Source: Aeromicrobium sp. (lineage in GTDB: Bacteria > Actinomycetota > Actinomycetes > Propionibacteriales > Nocardioidaceae). Taken from it: DNA of 64,000 bases. The stretch is taken from the NCBI GenBank assembly GCA_023257515.1, contig JALRCA010000075.1, positions 2,707 to 66,706 of the forward strand. The letters are read 5' to 3'. The notes under the pieces are model-generated. The model was not told the origin of the DNA and ran no database searches. It saw nothing but the letters and a program-made list of their open reading frames with translations. Shown piece by piece: positions 21,301-31,510 of the stretch (positions are counted from its first letter, which is position 1; the number at the start of each line of letters is the position of its first letter). The position numbers and the translations under genes were made by a program.

Positions 21301-22559
21301 CCGAGGACCTGGAGGTCGTGCGGCCCGGTGACGCGGCCTACGCGACGCTTCGCCACGTGTACACGGCGACCGGGAGCCCGGCCCAGGTGTTCGTCCCACG
21401 GGACCCGGGCCAGGTCGTCCGCGCCGTGGACGCCGCCCTGTCGCTCCCTGGACCGATGTCGATCCGCAGCGGCGGACACGGGACCAGCAGCGTCGCGACC
21501 AACGAGGGCGGCAGCGTCGTCGACCTGCGGCGCCTCGACGCCGTCGAGCACCTCGGCGGCACGCGAGTCAGGATCGGGGCGGGCGCACGCTGGGGTGCCG
21601 TCGCCATGGCCCTCGACCGCTGGGGGCTCGCGATCACCTCCGGCGACTCCGGCGACGTCGGTGTCGGTGGACTCGCGCTGGGCGGCGGCATCGGACTGCT
21701 GGGGCGGGCCCAGGGCCTGACCATCGACCGGGTCCGGGCCGTCGAGGTCGTCACGCTCGACGGGAGGATGCTACGCGCCTCGTCCGACGAGCACCCCGAC
21801 CTGTTCTGGGCGCTGCGCGGCGCCGGGTCGTCCGTGGCCGTGGCGACGTCGTTCGAGCTCGGGGCCGGCACCACGCCCCGCGTCGTGCGCGCCAGCCTGG
21901 CGTACTCCCTCGACCGTCCCGCCGAGCTCCTGGCCGCGTGGGGGGCCGCGATGGAGGCGGCCCCGCGCGAGGTCTCCGCGTTCCTGTACGTCATGGGCGG
22001 ACCGGGTGGCATCGCCCAGGCGACGATCGTCCACGCCGGTGACGACGAGACCACCGCGCAGCGCGCCCTGGAACCCTTCGTCACGCTGGGGCCGGTCGTG
22101 CACGCCGAGGCCGCCGTGGTGCCGTACGCCTCCGTACCCCTGACGACCGGCGCCGTCCACTCCGGGCAGCAGGGAGCGACCGTGCGAGCGGCGATCGTGC
22201 GCCACCTGGACGACCAGGTCGCCCGCGCCGCCGCGAGCGTGCTGCAGGACCCTGCGGTCGCGATGCTTCAGATCCGGTCCCTGGGCGGTGCCATCAACGA
22301 CGTCGCCCCGGACGCGACCGCCTTCGCGCACCGACACCAGAGCTTCTCCGTGACAGCGGTCGCCCCGCACGACAGCAGCGCACTCGACCGTGCGTGGGCG
22401 CCGCTGCGCGCCCTCCGCGACGGCCTGTACCTCGGCCTCTCCACGCGACCCACCCCCGAGGACGTCGACGCCGCGTTCCCGCCCCGGACCCGCGCCCGGC
22501 TGCGCCGGATCGCCCGGACCTGGGATCCCGACCACCTCCTGGGTTCCCTCGTCGTCTGA
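21297..22559 (+). CDS. FAD-linked oxidase (BBE/VAO-like)
   Basis: IRSGGH, VGVGGLALGGGIG, DLFWALRGAG, WDP. Confidence 0.88.
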   Translation: MTEDLEVVRPGDAAYATLRHVYTATGSPAQVFVPRDPGQVVRAVDAALSLPGPMSIRSGGHGTSSVATNEGGSVVDLRRLDAVEHLGGTRVRIGAGARWGAVAMALDRWGLAITSGDSGDVGVGGLALGGGIGLLGRAQGLTIDRVRAVEVVTLDGRMLRASSDEHPDLFWALRGAGSSVAVATSFELGAGTTPRVVRASLAYSLDRPAELLAAWGAAMEAAPREVSAFLYVMGGPGGIAQATIVHAGDDETTAQRALEPFVTLGPVVHAEAAVVPYASVPLTTGAVHSGQQGATVRAAIVRHLDDQVARAAASVLQDPAVAMLQIRSLGGAINDVAPDATAFAHRHQSFSVTAVAPHDSSALDRAWAPLRALRDGLYLGLSTRPTPEDVDAAFPPRTRARLRRIARTWDPDHLLGSLVV

Positions 22560-22574
22560 CGACCGTCCGGTCCG

Positions 22575-23393
22575 TCAGCCGCGGCCCGTCAGTCGCGTCA
22601 ACGCCTCGGCGTCCTCGGGGGTGGACGGAAGGAACACCAGCAGGTGCTGACCGCCGTCGTCGACCGGGGCGAGCTTCGTGTAGTCGAGGTCCAACCGTCC
22701 GACGTCAGGATGGTCGAAGCGCTTCGTCGAGGGCGCGAACGCCTTGACCACGTGCGCGGACCACATCGCTTCGAACGCCGGGCTCGCGTCCAGCAGCGCG
22801 GCCACCAGCGACGTGATCCGCACGTCGTCGGGATGCGTGCCCGCCATCGCCCGCAGCTGGCCCACGAGGGCGAGCGTCTCGTGCTGCCAGTCGACCAGGA
22901 GCGACCTCATGGCGGGACGCGTGAAGAGGAGCCAGAGAGTGTTGCGCTCCTCGTCGGCGACGTCCTCCACCCCGCCCACGAGCCGCGCGTAGCCTCGGTT
23001 CCAGGCCAGCAGGTCCCAGCTCGCGTTGATGACATGGGCCGGGTTCGGGTCCAGGCTGTCGACCAGCGCCCGCAACGTGGGGCTCACCGACTGCGCGGCG
23101 GAACCGCCACCGGGAGGCGAGCTGCCTGCCAGCACGAACAGGTGTGCCCGTTCCGCCGCCGTCAGGCGCAACGTCACAGCCAGACTCCCCAGCACCTGGG
23201 GTGACGCCGTGATGTCGCGCGCCTGCTCGAGCCACGTGTACCACGTGACGCTGACTCCGGAGAGCTGCGCGACCTCCTCTCGTCGCAGCCCCGGGGTCCG
23301 CCGCCGTCCGCCGGGGGTCAGCCCCACCTGTTCTGGGCGCAACGACTCGCGGCGTGACCGCAGGAAGTCCGCCAGCTCTTCTCGCCGAGTCAT
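22575..23393 (-). CDS. XRE/MmyB-like transcriptional regulator
   Basis: ELADFLRSRR, RRRTPGLRREEVA, WYTWLEQAR, HPDVGRL. Confidence 0.92.
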   Translation of the reverse strand: MTRREELADFLRSRRESLRPEQVGLTPGGRRRTPGLRREEVAQLSGVSVTWYTWLEQARDITASPQVLGSLAVTLRLTAAERAHLFVLAGSSPPGGGSAAQSVSPTLRALVDSLDPNPAHVINASWDLLAWNRGYARLVGGVEDVADEERNTLWLLFTRPAMRSLLVDWQHETLALVGQLRAMAGTHPDDVRITSLVAALLDASPAFEAMWSAHVVKAFAPSTKRFDHPDVGRLDLDYTKLAPVDDGGQHLLVFLPSTPEDAEALTRLTGRG

Positions 23394-23424
23394 GTGGACC
23401 ATCAAACCGCCGCTCGAGCGCGGC

Positions 23425-23471
23425 ATCCTGGTGGCGCTCATACCAGCATGAACTGCCCTCTGTACCAGGAT
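23425..23471. promoter_or_regulatory. Putative MmyB-like operator repeats
   Basis: TACCAGCAT (23441) and TACCAGGAT (23463) at a 22-bp period, plus inverted ATCCTGGT near 23425. Confidence 0.5.
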
Positions 23472-23496
23472 CCTCGTCGAGCAGAGAGTACGTCTC

Positions 23497-24690
23497 ATGA
23501 CGACTCGAGCAACACCGGCGGCCGACGTCGCCCCGACACCAGACGGCTGGGCGCGACGCGTCGCGCTCCTCGCCGTGGGCTCCTTCGCCATGGGGACCGA
23601 CTCGTTCGTGCTGGCCGGCATCCTGCCCCAGATCGCCTCGGGTCTCGGGCAGACGATCGGTGCCACCGGCCAGGTCGTGACCGCCTTCTCCCTCACGTAC
23701 GGCATGACGGCGCCGTTCCTCGCCGTCGTCACGAGCAGACTGCCCCGCAAGGCACTCATGGCCCTCGCCCTCGTCCTGTTCGTCGTCGCCAACGCCGTCT
23801 CGGCGGCGGCGCCGACGCTCACGGCGCTGCTCGTCGCCCGCGTCGCCGCCGGCCTGGGCGCTGCGCTCTACACCCCGAGCGCCAGCGCTGCCGCTGCTGC
23901 GGTCGCTGGTGTCGAACATCGCGGGAAGGCGCTTGCCGCGATCCTGGGCGGCCTCACCCTCGGAACGGTCTTCGGCGTACCCCTCGGCACCTGGATCGGC
24001 CAGCACTGGTCGTGGCGGTCGAGCCTGGTCTTCGTGGCCTGCGTCGGCCTGGCACCGCTCCTGGGCCTGTTCGCTCTCCCTGCCCTGCCTCTGCCGCCCC
24101 AGATTCCCCTGGGTCAGCGGCTCCGCGTGCTCGCCAGCGGCCCAGTCCTCGCTGCCGTCACGTTCATGCTCCTGGAGAGCGCGGCCGCGATCATGGTCTA
24201 CACCTACATCTCCGACGTGCTCGGCCAGACGGTCCACGCCACGGGCGGCACCCTCTCGGCCCTGCTCCTGGCCTGGGGTGTCGGAGGCGCCGTCGGAGCG
24301 TTCGGCAGCGGCGTGCTGACCGATCGTTGGGGTGCATTCCGCACGCTCCTGCTGGCGGTGGCTGCGCTCGTCACGTCGCTCGCGCTCCTGGCCGTCGCGA
24401 CCTGGCTCCCGCTGGCCTTCGCCGTGATGACCCTGAACGGTCTCGCTGGGTGGGCCGTGGCGACGCCGAACAACCACCGCCTCACGGAGTACGCACCGCT
24501 CCAGCCCGCCGTCGTGATCTCGTTCAACTCCTCGGGCATCTACCTCGGTCAGGCGGTCGGCGCAGCACTCGGCGGAGTCCTCCTCGGCCACGCGGTCTCG
24601 CCGACGAACCTGTGCTGGGTCGGCGCCGGTGTCGCGGTGCTGGCCGGGGTCGTGCACCTGGCCATCGGACGTCGCCCGAGCACGAGCTGA
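23497..24690 (+). CDS. MFS transporter (PbuE/DHA1-like)
   Basis: GTDSFVLAGILP, GLTLGTVFGVPLG, NSSGIYLG; about 12 TM segments. Confidence 0.9.
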   Translation: MTTRATPAADVAPTPDGWARRVALLAVGSFAMGTDSFVLAGILPQIASGLGQTIGATGQVVTAFSLTYGMTAPFLAVVTSRLPRKALMALALVLFVVANAVSAAAPTLTALLVARVAAGLGAALYTPSASAAAAAVAGVEHRGKALAAILGGLTLGTVFGVPLGTWIGQHWSWRSSLVFVACVGLAPLLGLFALPALPLPPQIPLGQRLRVLASGPVLAAVTFMLLESAAAIMVYTYISDVLGQTVHATGGTLSALLLAWGVGGAVGAFGSGVLTDRWGAFRTLLLAVAALVTSLALLAVATWLPLAFAVMTLNGLAGWAVATPNNHRLTEYAPLQPAVVISFNSSGIYLGQAVGAALGGVLLGHAVSPTNLCWVGAGVAVLAGVVHLAIGRRPSTS

Positions 24691-24702
24691 CGAGCACGGC
24701 CG

Positions 24703-25152
24703 TCAGTCGTCCACGGCAGCTGCGGCCGTCGTGGACAGCGCATGGGTCGCGTCGCCGGCCAGGGCCTCCTCGAGGGCGGCGAGATAGCTCACCCGGGCCT
24801 CACGGACCTTGGCTCGGCCCGCCTCCGTGATCTGGGTGTAGACACCCCGCAGGTCATCGACGCAGTGGTACCGCTCCACCAGACCCTGCTGCTGCAACCG
24901 TCCCACCAGTCGGCTCAGCGAGCTCCGCTGGACCGGGATCGCCGCCGCCAGCACCTGCTGTCGCAGGTGACCGCCGTCATCGGAGAAGTGCAACGCCGCG
25001 AGGGCGGCGTACTCCGAGCAGGCCAGGCCGTGCGGCTGGAGCGCTGCCTCCAGTCGTTCGCGCACGCTGGCCTCGAACAACCTGGTCCTGCTCCAGCTGC
25101 GCTCGACCTCGGTGGGCTCACTGATCGTCGGGTCCTGCTTCGTCGTCGCCAT
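24703..25152 (-). CDS. MarR-family regulator
   Basis: SSLSRLVGRLQQQGLVER, DDLRGVYTQITEAG; GGAGG SD before MATTKQ. Confidence 0.88.
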   Translation of the reverse strand: MATTKQDPTISEPTEVERSWSRTRLFEASVRERLEAALQPHGLACSEYAALAALHFSDDGGHLRQQVLAAAIPVQRSSLSRLVGRLQQQGLVERYHCVDDLRGVYTQITEAGRAKVREARVSYLAALEEALAGDATHALSTTAAAAVDD

Positions 25153-25296
25153 GGCACCTCCCGCTCGAGCGCGATCGAGACCCACGATACGCGGCACTGA
25201 CGTCAACTGCATGAGCACTCGTTGTTCATACAACATCTTGACCTCGAAACACTTCTATACAATTGTTGCATGGACGCATAACGAGAAGAGGTCATC

Positions 25297-26463
25297 ATGC
25301 CCGTCGCTGTCATCGCCCTCATGGGCGCCGCCTTCGGCATCGGAACCGCCGAGTTCATCGTGCTCGGCCTGCTGCCGGAAGTCGCCGATGGGATGGAGGT
25401 GAGCGTCACGACGGCCGGGATGCTGATCACCGGCTACGCCTTGGGAGTGGTCTTCGGCGGACCGGCGTTCACCGCCGCCGCCCTGCGCGTGTCACGGAAG
25501 AACATGCTGCTGATCCTCATGGTGATGTTCGTCGTGGGGAACGCGCTCTCGGCCATCGCACCCGCGTACTGGGTCCTGCTGGTCGGTCGGGTCCTCGCGG
25601 CGATCTGCCACGGCGCATTCCTCGGCATCGCCTCCGTCGTGGCCGCAGACATGGTGTCCCACGACAAGCGTTCCCGCGCGATCTCGATGGTCTTCACCGG
25701 CTTGACCCTCTCGAACGTCTTCGGCGCACCGCTCGGCACCTGGATCGGGCAGTCGCTCGGGTGGCGCGCACCGTTCTGGGTCATCGGCGCGATCGGGGTG
25801 ATCAGCCTCCTCGGCATCGCGACCCTTCTGCCCGCGCAGGACGCCGCCGGGCGCTCACGCAGTCTCAGGTCGGAGATCTCCGCCTTCGGCAGCGGCCAGT
25901 TCTGGCTCGCCTTCGCCATCGCCGGGTTCAGCATGGGGTCCCTGTTCGCCGCGTTCAGCTACATCAGCCCGCTCCTGACCGAGGTCACCGGTTTCGACCC
26001 CCGGTGGATGACCGGGCTGCTCATGGTGTTCGGCGCCGGCCTGGTGGGCGGCAACCTCGTCGGCGGTCACGTCGCCGACCGTCACCAGGTCGGTGCGCTG
26101 CTCGCCTCCCAGGGCCTCATGATCGTGGTGCTCGTGACCTTTGCCGCGACGGCGGAGCTCCCCGCCGCGGCAGTGGTCCTGCTCCCGTTGATGGGCGCGG
26201 CGGGATTCGGGACGGTGCCGAGCTTCATGTCACGCGTCATCGACAGCGCCCAGGGCGCCCCGACCCTGGCGTCGGCGATGGCCTCGTCCGCAGCCAACGG
26301 CGGCATCGCCGTCGGCTCCTTCCTGTCCGGCCTGACCGTCGAGGCCGGGTTCGGGTACCGGTCCGCGCTGCTCGTGGGCGCGACCATGGCCGCGCTCGCT
26401 CTCGCAGTCACCGTGGCCTCGGCGACGCTCGAGCGACGTGCGGCACCGCTGGCCACGAGGTGA
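25297..26463 (+). CDS. MFS transporter (YdhP/AraJ-like)
   Basis: FGIGTAEFIVLGLLP, HGAFLG, GAPLGT, GWR. Confidence 0.9.
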   Translation: MPVAVIALMGAAFGIGTAEFIVLGLLPEVADGMEVSVTTAGMLITGYALGVVFGGPAFTAAALRVSRKNMLLILMVMFVVGNALSAIAPAYWVLLVGRVLAAICHGAFLGIASVVAADMVSHDKRSRAISMVFTGLTLSNVFGAPLGTWIGQSLGWRAPFWVIGAIGVISLLGIATLLPAQDAAGRSRSLRSEISAFGSGQFWLAFAIAGFSMGSLFAAFSYISPLLTEVTGFDPRWMTGLLMVFGAGLVGGNLVGGHVADRHQVGALLASQGLMIVVLVTFAATAELPAAAVVLLPLMGAAGFGTVPSFMSRVIDSAQGAPTLASAMASSAANGGIAVGSFLSGLTVEAGFGYRSALLVGATMAALALAVTVASATLERRAAPLATR

Positions 26464-26574
26464 TCTGCCGCCGACCGACCCCGGTGGTCGACCTCCGCAC
26501 GCGCGGGCTCGATCCGCGGGCCGTCGCGCGCGAGGACCTCTACGGTGGACTCCACACGAACCCCCGAGGAGAGC

Positions 26575-27084
26575 ATGGTGTCGCCCAAGCACGTGTGGAG
26601 CATGGCCGTGCTGCTGCTCCTGGTGGGCGGGTGCGCCAGCGCCGAGGAGCGATCGCGTGCCGACGGCGCGCGGCAGATCCGTGCACAGCTCGAACGTGTC
26701 GAGTCCGACCTGGCGGCCAGCCTGCGCTCCTTCGACCCACGCAGGGACGAGACACTCTTCGCGCGGGGCGTGACGGCTCTCGGCAGCCAGGTCGGAAGCG
26801 GTGCCGTCACCTATGACTTCGGCCTGACGGCGACCGGATCCGCGAGCCAGGGCTTCTCGGAGACGAGCGCGCGTGTCGGTGCGTGCTTCCGGGTACGGGG
26901 CGACAGCGGCGGAGGCACGATCGAGCAGGTCGACTGCCCCAGATCGTTCCGCGAGCAGTCCGGCACACCGGTCAACGAGGAGGTCGAGATTCTCGACTCG
27001 CGCCGACCTCTGCCGGACCCGCCGAAGGCACCGCACGGCGGATGCAACCCCGGCGGCGAGTCCTACGCCTGTCCCGGCGGATAG
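26575..27084 (+). CDS. Putative lipoprotein with Cys-rich C-terminus
   Basis: Lipobox LVGG/C; GAGGAG SD; ends GGCNPGGESYACPGG. Confidence 0.65.
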   Translation: MVSPKHVWSMAVLLLLVGGCASAEERSRADGARQIRAQLERVESDLAASLRSFDPRRDETLFARGVTALGSQVGSGAVTYDFGLTATGSASQGFSETSARVGACFRVRGDSGGGTIEQVDCPRSFREQSGTPVNEEVEILDSRRPLPDPPKAPHGGCNPGGESYACPGG

Positions 27085-27190
27085 GCCTGGACAGGCGAGG
27101 CGGAGGCGGCGGGCACGGGAGCGGGTGAACCGCCCGGCGGCGAGAGCGAGCCGCGGATCGAGGACGGCGTCACCTGCACCCGGCGAGGGT

Positions 27191-27613
27191 TCATGCGCCC
27201 GTCGAGCGTTCGGTTCGCTCGTCGTATCGGCGACGATGTTCGAGGATGTCGACGCGGTGCGTGGTCGCCCAGTCGCCCAGGGCGACGACGGCGTCGAGCA
27301 GCGTCCTGCCGAGCTCGGTGAGCTCGTAGTCGACGCGAGGTGGAACGCTCGCGTGGACCGTGCGGCTGACGAGTCCGTCACGTTCGAGGTGGCGCAGGTT
27401 GAGCGTGAGCATCCGCTGGGAGATCCCCGTGACCGCTCGGTGCAGCTCGCTGAACCTGCGCGAGCCGTCACGCAGCTGCCCGACGATCAGGACGCTCCAC
27501 TTGTCTCCGATGATCGCAAGGATCTGCAGCACCTGCCGACATGCCTCGGGGTCGGGCGCCTCGCCTGTCAGATCGGCTCGCGCTGCTTCAAGCGGCCCCT
27601 CGGTGAGGGTCAT
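27191..27613 (-). CDS. HxlR-family regulator
   Basis: N-terminal Cys, IGDKWSVLIV, RRFSEL, ISQRMLT, PPRVDYELT. Confidence 0.93.
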   Translation of the reverse strand: MTLTEGPLEAARADLTGEAPDPEACRQVLQILAIIGDKWSVLIVGQLRDGSRRFSELHRAVTGISQRMLTLNLRHLERDGLVSRTVHASVPPRVDYELTELGRTLLDAVVALGDWATTHRVDILEHRRRYDERTERSTGA

Positions 27614-27682
27614 GGCTTACCTCCGTGTGCGCAACCGACAGCGATGTGCCGTCTTGTCTGGCCGATCCTACGCACAGACGAT

Positions 27683-27707
27683 GTGGTTACTCACATATCG
27701 TAACCAC
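27683..27707. promoter_or_regulatory. HxlR-type operator
   Basis: GTGGTTAC-N9-GTAACCAC inverted repeat upstream of the divergent SDR. Confidence 0.7.
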
Positions 27708-27721
27708 TCAGGAGGACTCGG

Positions 27722-28417
27722 ATGAGGAATCTCGTCATCGTCGGCGCTGGACCGGGATTGGGCATGGGCGTCGCGCGGGCGTTCGGCGGCAAGGGATTCC
27801 GGGTTGGTCTCGTCGCGCGCACGCAGGGCACCCTGAGTGGGCTCGCCGACGAGCTCGCCGACCAGGGGATCACGGCTGCGACCGCCACGGCGGACCTCCA
27901 CGACCGCTCGGCGACCGTCCGTGCGCTCGCCTCCTTGGAAGCGGAGCTCGGGCCGATCGACGTGCTCGAGTACAGCCCGAGCCCGAGCGGACAGATCACG
28001 TCCGCGACCGCCACCACCGTGGAGTCGGCCCTCGATCAGCTCGAGCTGCACGTGCTCGGAGCGATCGCCTCCGTGCGTCACGTGCTCCCAGGAATGCGGC
28101 AACGAGGTACCGGAACCATCCTGCTCACCACAGGCGTGTCGTCTCTGGTCGCCGCACCCTTCCTCGGCAACGTGGGCCTCGCCATGTCCGCCCTCCGCAA
28201 CTGGGCGCTTGCGTTGCACACCGAGCTCGCCCCCGAGGGGATCCGCGTCGCGACCGTCACCATCGCCTCCGGCGTCGTGCCGGGAGGCGGAGAGGCAGAC
28301 CCCGACGCGATCGGCGCTCGCTACTACGACCTGCACTCCGCCAGAGACCGATCCGAGGACGTCATCGGCGACGTCGAGGCGTTCAGGGCCCTGGTCGCCG
28401 CGCGGTCCACGACCTGA
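27722..28417 (+). CDS. Short-chain dehydrogenase/reductase
   Basis: VGAGPGLG, GTILLTTG. Confidence 0.85.
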   Translation: MRNLVIVGAGPGLGMGVARAFGGKGFRVGLVARTQGTLSGLADELADQGITAATATADLHDRSATVRALASLEAELGPIDVLEYSPSPSGQITSATATTVESALDQLELHVLGAIASVRHVLPGMRQRGTGTILLTTGVSSLVAAPFLGNVGLAMSALRNWALALHTELAPEGIRVATVTIASGVVPGGGEADPDAIGARYYDLHSARDRSEDVIGDVEAFRALVAARSTT

Positions 28418-28419
28418 CC

Positions 28420-28820
28420 AGTCGTGGATCAGGAAGGCTTACTTCTGCTCTCGCGATCGCCTGGATCTCGGGTGTGATCCGTCCCTTGCGCACGAGCGGC
28501 GCGGCGAGCGCGCCCACGACGAACAAGCACTCCTGCTCGTTCGTCAAGCGTCGGGTCCTCAGCCGACTGACCGTCCGGGACTGGTCGGCACCCGCGAGGA
28601 CGGCTACTTCGTTCACCAGAACAACCACGACGGTGACGGAACCGTCGATCACTGGATCGACGCCCGAGGTCTCCGAACCGAGTACGACAGCAAGGAATCT
28701 CGGACATACTTCGTAGATCCGGCGCAGGGCGCCTGGAGCGAGGTCGACACGTGGTTCGGCGGATACTCGAGCAACGTCGACACCACGTGGGTCTCGCCTC
28801 ATGACGAAGTGACGAGGTGA
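28420..28820 (+). pseudogene. Possible frameshifted secreted-protein remnant
   Basis: A hydrophobic signal-like stretch in one frame (LTSALAIAWISG) and a protein-like tail in another (GYFVHQNNHDGDGTVDHWID...TWVSPHDEVTR); no credible start. Confidence 0.3.
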
Positions 28821-28823
28821 CCC

Positions 28824-30011
28824 ATGAAGAACCCCAGGATTCCGCGCGGCGCACTGGTCGCGCTCGTCGGAGCCCTGACGCTCGCCTCCTGTGCCGCCGC
28901 AAAGGCGGCGCCGGGGAGCGAGACGCAGACCTCGCCCGAACCAGCGTCGTCGACCACGTCCGTCACCACGAATCTTGAGTGGCCGAAGACGTGGCCGGTT
29001 CTCAAGGCCGGGAGCGACTACACGGTGAAGCACCTGTCGTTCAAGGAAGTGAACGGCACCCGCAACTACCCCCTCACGTGGGCCACACGGACCGAGCTCC
29101 TCTCGGTGGGCATTGCCCCGCGCGGCGTTCGCGCCCCGGAGGTGCTTCAGGTCCGCGATGTCGCAACCGGCAAGATCCGCAGCCTCACCTCGAAGAAGGG
29201 CAAGCCACGCGACTTGACCATCGTCGGCGCGGACAGCGACTCCCGCTGGATCGTGTGGACCGAGACCACCGGCAACTTCTACTCATCCGACTGGACGGTC
29301 TTCAGCTACGACAAGCGGACGAAGAAGACGCGAAAGCTCGCTACGCGCCCGAAAGTGGGCAAGGGCGACATCCCCTCCGCCGAAGGTTTCGCGGTACCGA
29401 GCATCGATCGTGGAGTGATCTACTTCGACGGCGTGTGGTCGATGGCCAACGGGAAACCGCGCCAAGCGATCTACAGCGTTCCGGCCAACGGATCATCCCC
29501 GGCAAAGATGCTCATTCGAGACGCGGGGAACCCCACGGCCGACGAGGGACGTCTCGTGTATCACCAGCGCAACAAGAAGCCGATCGACGCGCTCTTCTCC
29601 CGTGACCTGCGGACCAACGAGACCGTCAAGCTGGACGACTTCCAGACCATCTCCAAGAAGATCGAGAACTGCGGGTGGGACTGGAACGAAGGCGTCTTCG
29701 TCAACTGCCGCAGAAGCTCCGACGGAGTCGTGACACTGACGGTCCTCAGCCCCCACGGGCGCACCGTCGTCACAGGCAAGCAGGAGACACCGTGGGGAGT
29801 CTGGGCGGCGAAGGACTTCGTCGGGATCCTGCGTGACACGGGCCGCGGCTACCAGCAGCGCATCCTGAACCTGGAGACGAATCAGCTGTCTCACGTGCGA
29901 GCGCAGCAGGCCAACACCCGCATGTGGATCACCGGCAGCCAGTACATGGTCACCACCACCGACAAGAAGGGCTTCACCAACGGGTTCGATCTGGTCAGAC
30001 TCCGTTTCTGA
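28824..30011 (+). CDS. Lipoprotein, probable beta-propeller (TolB-like)
   Basis: Lipobox LAS/C, Ser/Thr linker, repeated beta-strand motifs (DVATGK, WIVWTE, YDKRT, DLRTN, NLETN). Confidence 0.75.
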   Translation: MKNPRIPRGALVALVGALTLASCAAAKAAPGSETQTSPEPASSTTSVTTNLEWPKTWPVLKAGSDYTVKHLSFKEVNGTRNYPLTWATRTELLSVGIAPRGVRAPEVLQVRDVATGKIRSLTSKKGKPRDLTIVGADSDSRWIVWTETTGNFYSSDWTVFSYDKRTKKTRKLATRPKVGKGDIPSAEGFAVPSIDRGVIYFDGVWSMANGKPRQAIYSVPANGSSPAKMLIRDAGNPTADEGRLVYHQRNKKPIDALFSRDLRTNETVKLDDFQTISKKIENCGWDWNEGVFVNCRRSSDGVVTLTVLSPHGRTVVTGKQETPWGVWAAKDFVGILRDTGRGYQQRILNLETNQLSHVRAQQANTRMWITGSQYMVTTTDKKGFTNGFDLVRLRF

Positions 30012-30611
30012 ACGCGACCGCCGGCCAGCGCGAGGCGGCCCGCAGCGACGTCAGAGCACGCCGCATCCAGCTCGAGAAGCGCCTGGAGCAGCGGACCCGC
30101 GACCACGGCCCCACGACGGGCGTGGCCCATCGTCAACCGCCTTTCGTCGAGCGGGTCCTGATCCTGCCCGACGACAACGAGCGAGTCGGCATCCGACTCG
30201 GGGCCGGGCTCACCGGGACGTTCGGCGCGCTGCTCGGCGGACCTCTTCGTGAATCTCTACCCGCGCCTGGGTGCACCTCGCAGGGGCAGGCGCGTCCGCT
30301 GGGCGGGCGGCATGCTGGCAGACATGGCGACCACGACGCAGAGTGAGCTGGGCGAGTTTCTCCGGAGCCGACGCTGAGCTTGCTTCGTCGCGATTCTGAC
30401 GGACTCGAAGCGACCGGTTGGTCCGGATCGAAAGCCGAAGGCCAACACACGCTGCCATAAGATTTCACGGCGTGTTGATGCATGCCCGACACCTCACTGA
30501 TGCAACTCGGGTGCGAGGCTCGTTCAAACGTAACCTTTGCTAGGCAAGCGGCCAGCTGGACACCTGACGCTTCCGAAGCTACTCAGGGCCGCGCAATCGA
30601 ATCGGGGAACG

Positions 30612-30986
30612 ATGAGCACTGTCTACAGGCTATTGGGCACTCGCAGCTATTGGGGACTTATCGGAGCCGAGGCGGAAACGCAGCTCGACCTCGAGCTCCT
30701 CGCAAGGCGCCAATTGTGCGCACTTCAAGACAACCGTCTCGATGTGTATCTCGGCGAGCAGGTTCCTAGCACGGTCACGATCGACCTCGCTCCCCCGCCC
30801 GCGGAAGCTCCGTTCAAGGCCGAGGCCACGTTCTCCGCTGGACTCTTGTCATTGGATGACTCCGAGGCCGGCTACACGCGGACCGATGTTGACCTACCGC
30901 ACAGAGGCGTTTATCTCGTCACTCTCACGGAGCTCGAGCGGGCCGAGGGCCACCGACGATTCCACGTGACCCTCGACCCCCGATAG
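30612..30986 (+). CDS. Hypothetical protein, candidate immunity partner of the convergent nuclease
   Basis: 124-aa ORF with GGGGA SD, beta-rich; its stop is 3 nt from the nuclease stop. Confidence 0.5.
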   Translation: MSTVYRLLGTRSYWGLIGAEAETQLDLELLARRQLCALQDNRLDVYLGEQVPSTVTIDLAPPPAEAPFKAEATFSAGLLSLDDSEAGYTRTDVDLPHRGVYLVTLTELERAEGHRRFHVTLDPR

Positions 30987-30989
30987 CGG

Positions 30990-31510
30990 CTAGAACTTCT
31001 GGACCTGCACGTAGAACTTGTCTCTGTCCAGAATCCGCTGCGTCTGATAGAACGCACCGATCAAGCTACCGCCGGCCGAGTTGTCGCCATCGTCGATGCC
31101 TCGCACGGACCACCCGCTGGTACTGGTCTGATTGAACGCACCCTCGTAGGTCGACGCGAATGGGTACTCGTCGCAGCTGCCCTCGACATTCTCAGCGGCG
31201 CACCTCGCCTGAGCCTTCGTTCGATTTCGATCTTGGGCTGCTTGGTCGCGAAGGCGTCGAAGCGGACTCCCCTGGAGGTTCTCATCCGGGTAGTACGCCC
31301 CGGTGTTGAGCCCGCGGGTCAGAAGCTCGAAGCACCACACCCACAGTCGACGTTGGTCCACCAGCCGTGGCCCGACGCCACCAGAGTGCCGTCGCTGTTG
31401 CTCGTGCGGTGGACGTAGTCGCCGTGGGTGCCGAAGACGGGATCGACCAGGACCGGGTATGCGACGTCGTCAGGCAGCTCGACCGATGTCGTGAGCACGT
31501 TGCCGACCGA
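30990..31510 (-). pseudogene. Decayed secreted NucA/NucB-type DNase
   Basis: C-terminus SCDEYPFASTYEG...DNSAGGS...FY...RILDRDKFYV; upstream fragments in another frame (YPVLVDP, GDYVH, SGHGWW); no intact start. Confidence 0.75.
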
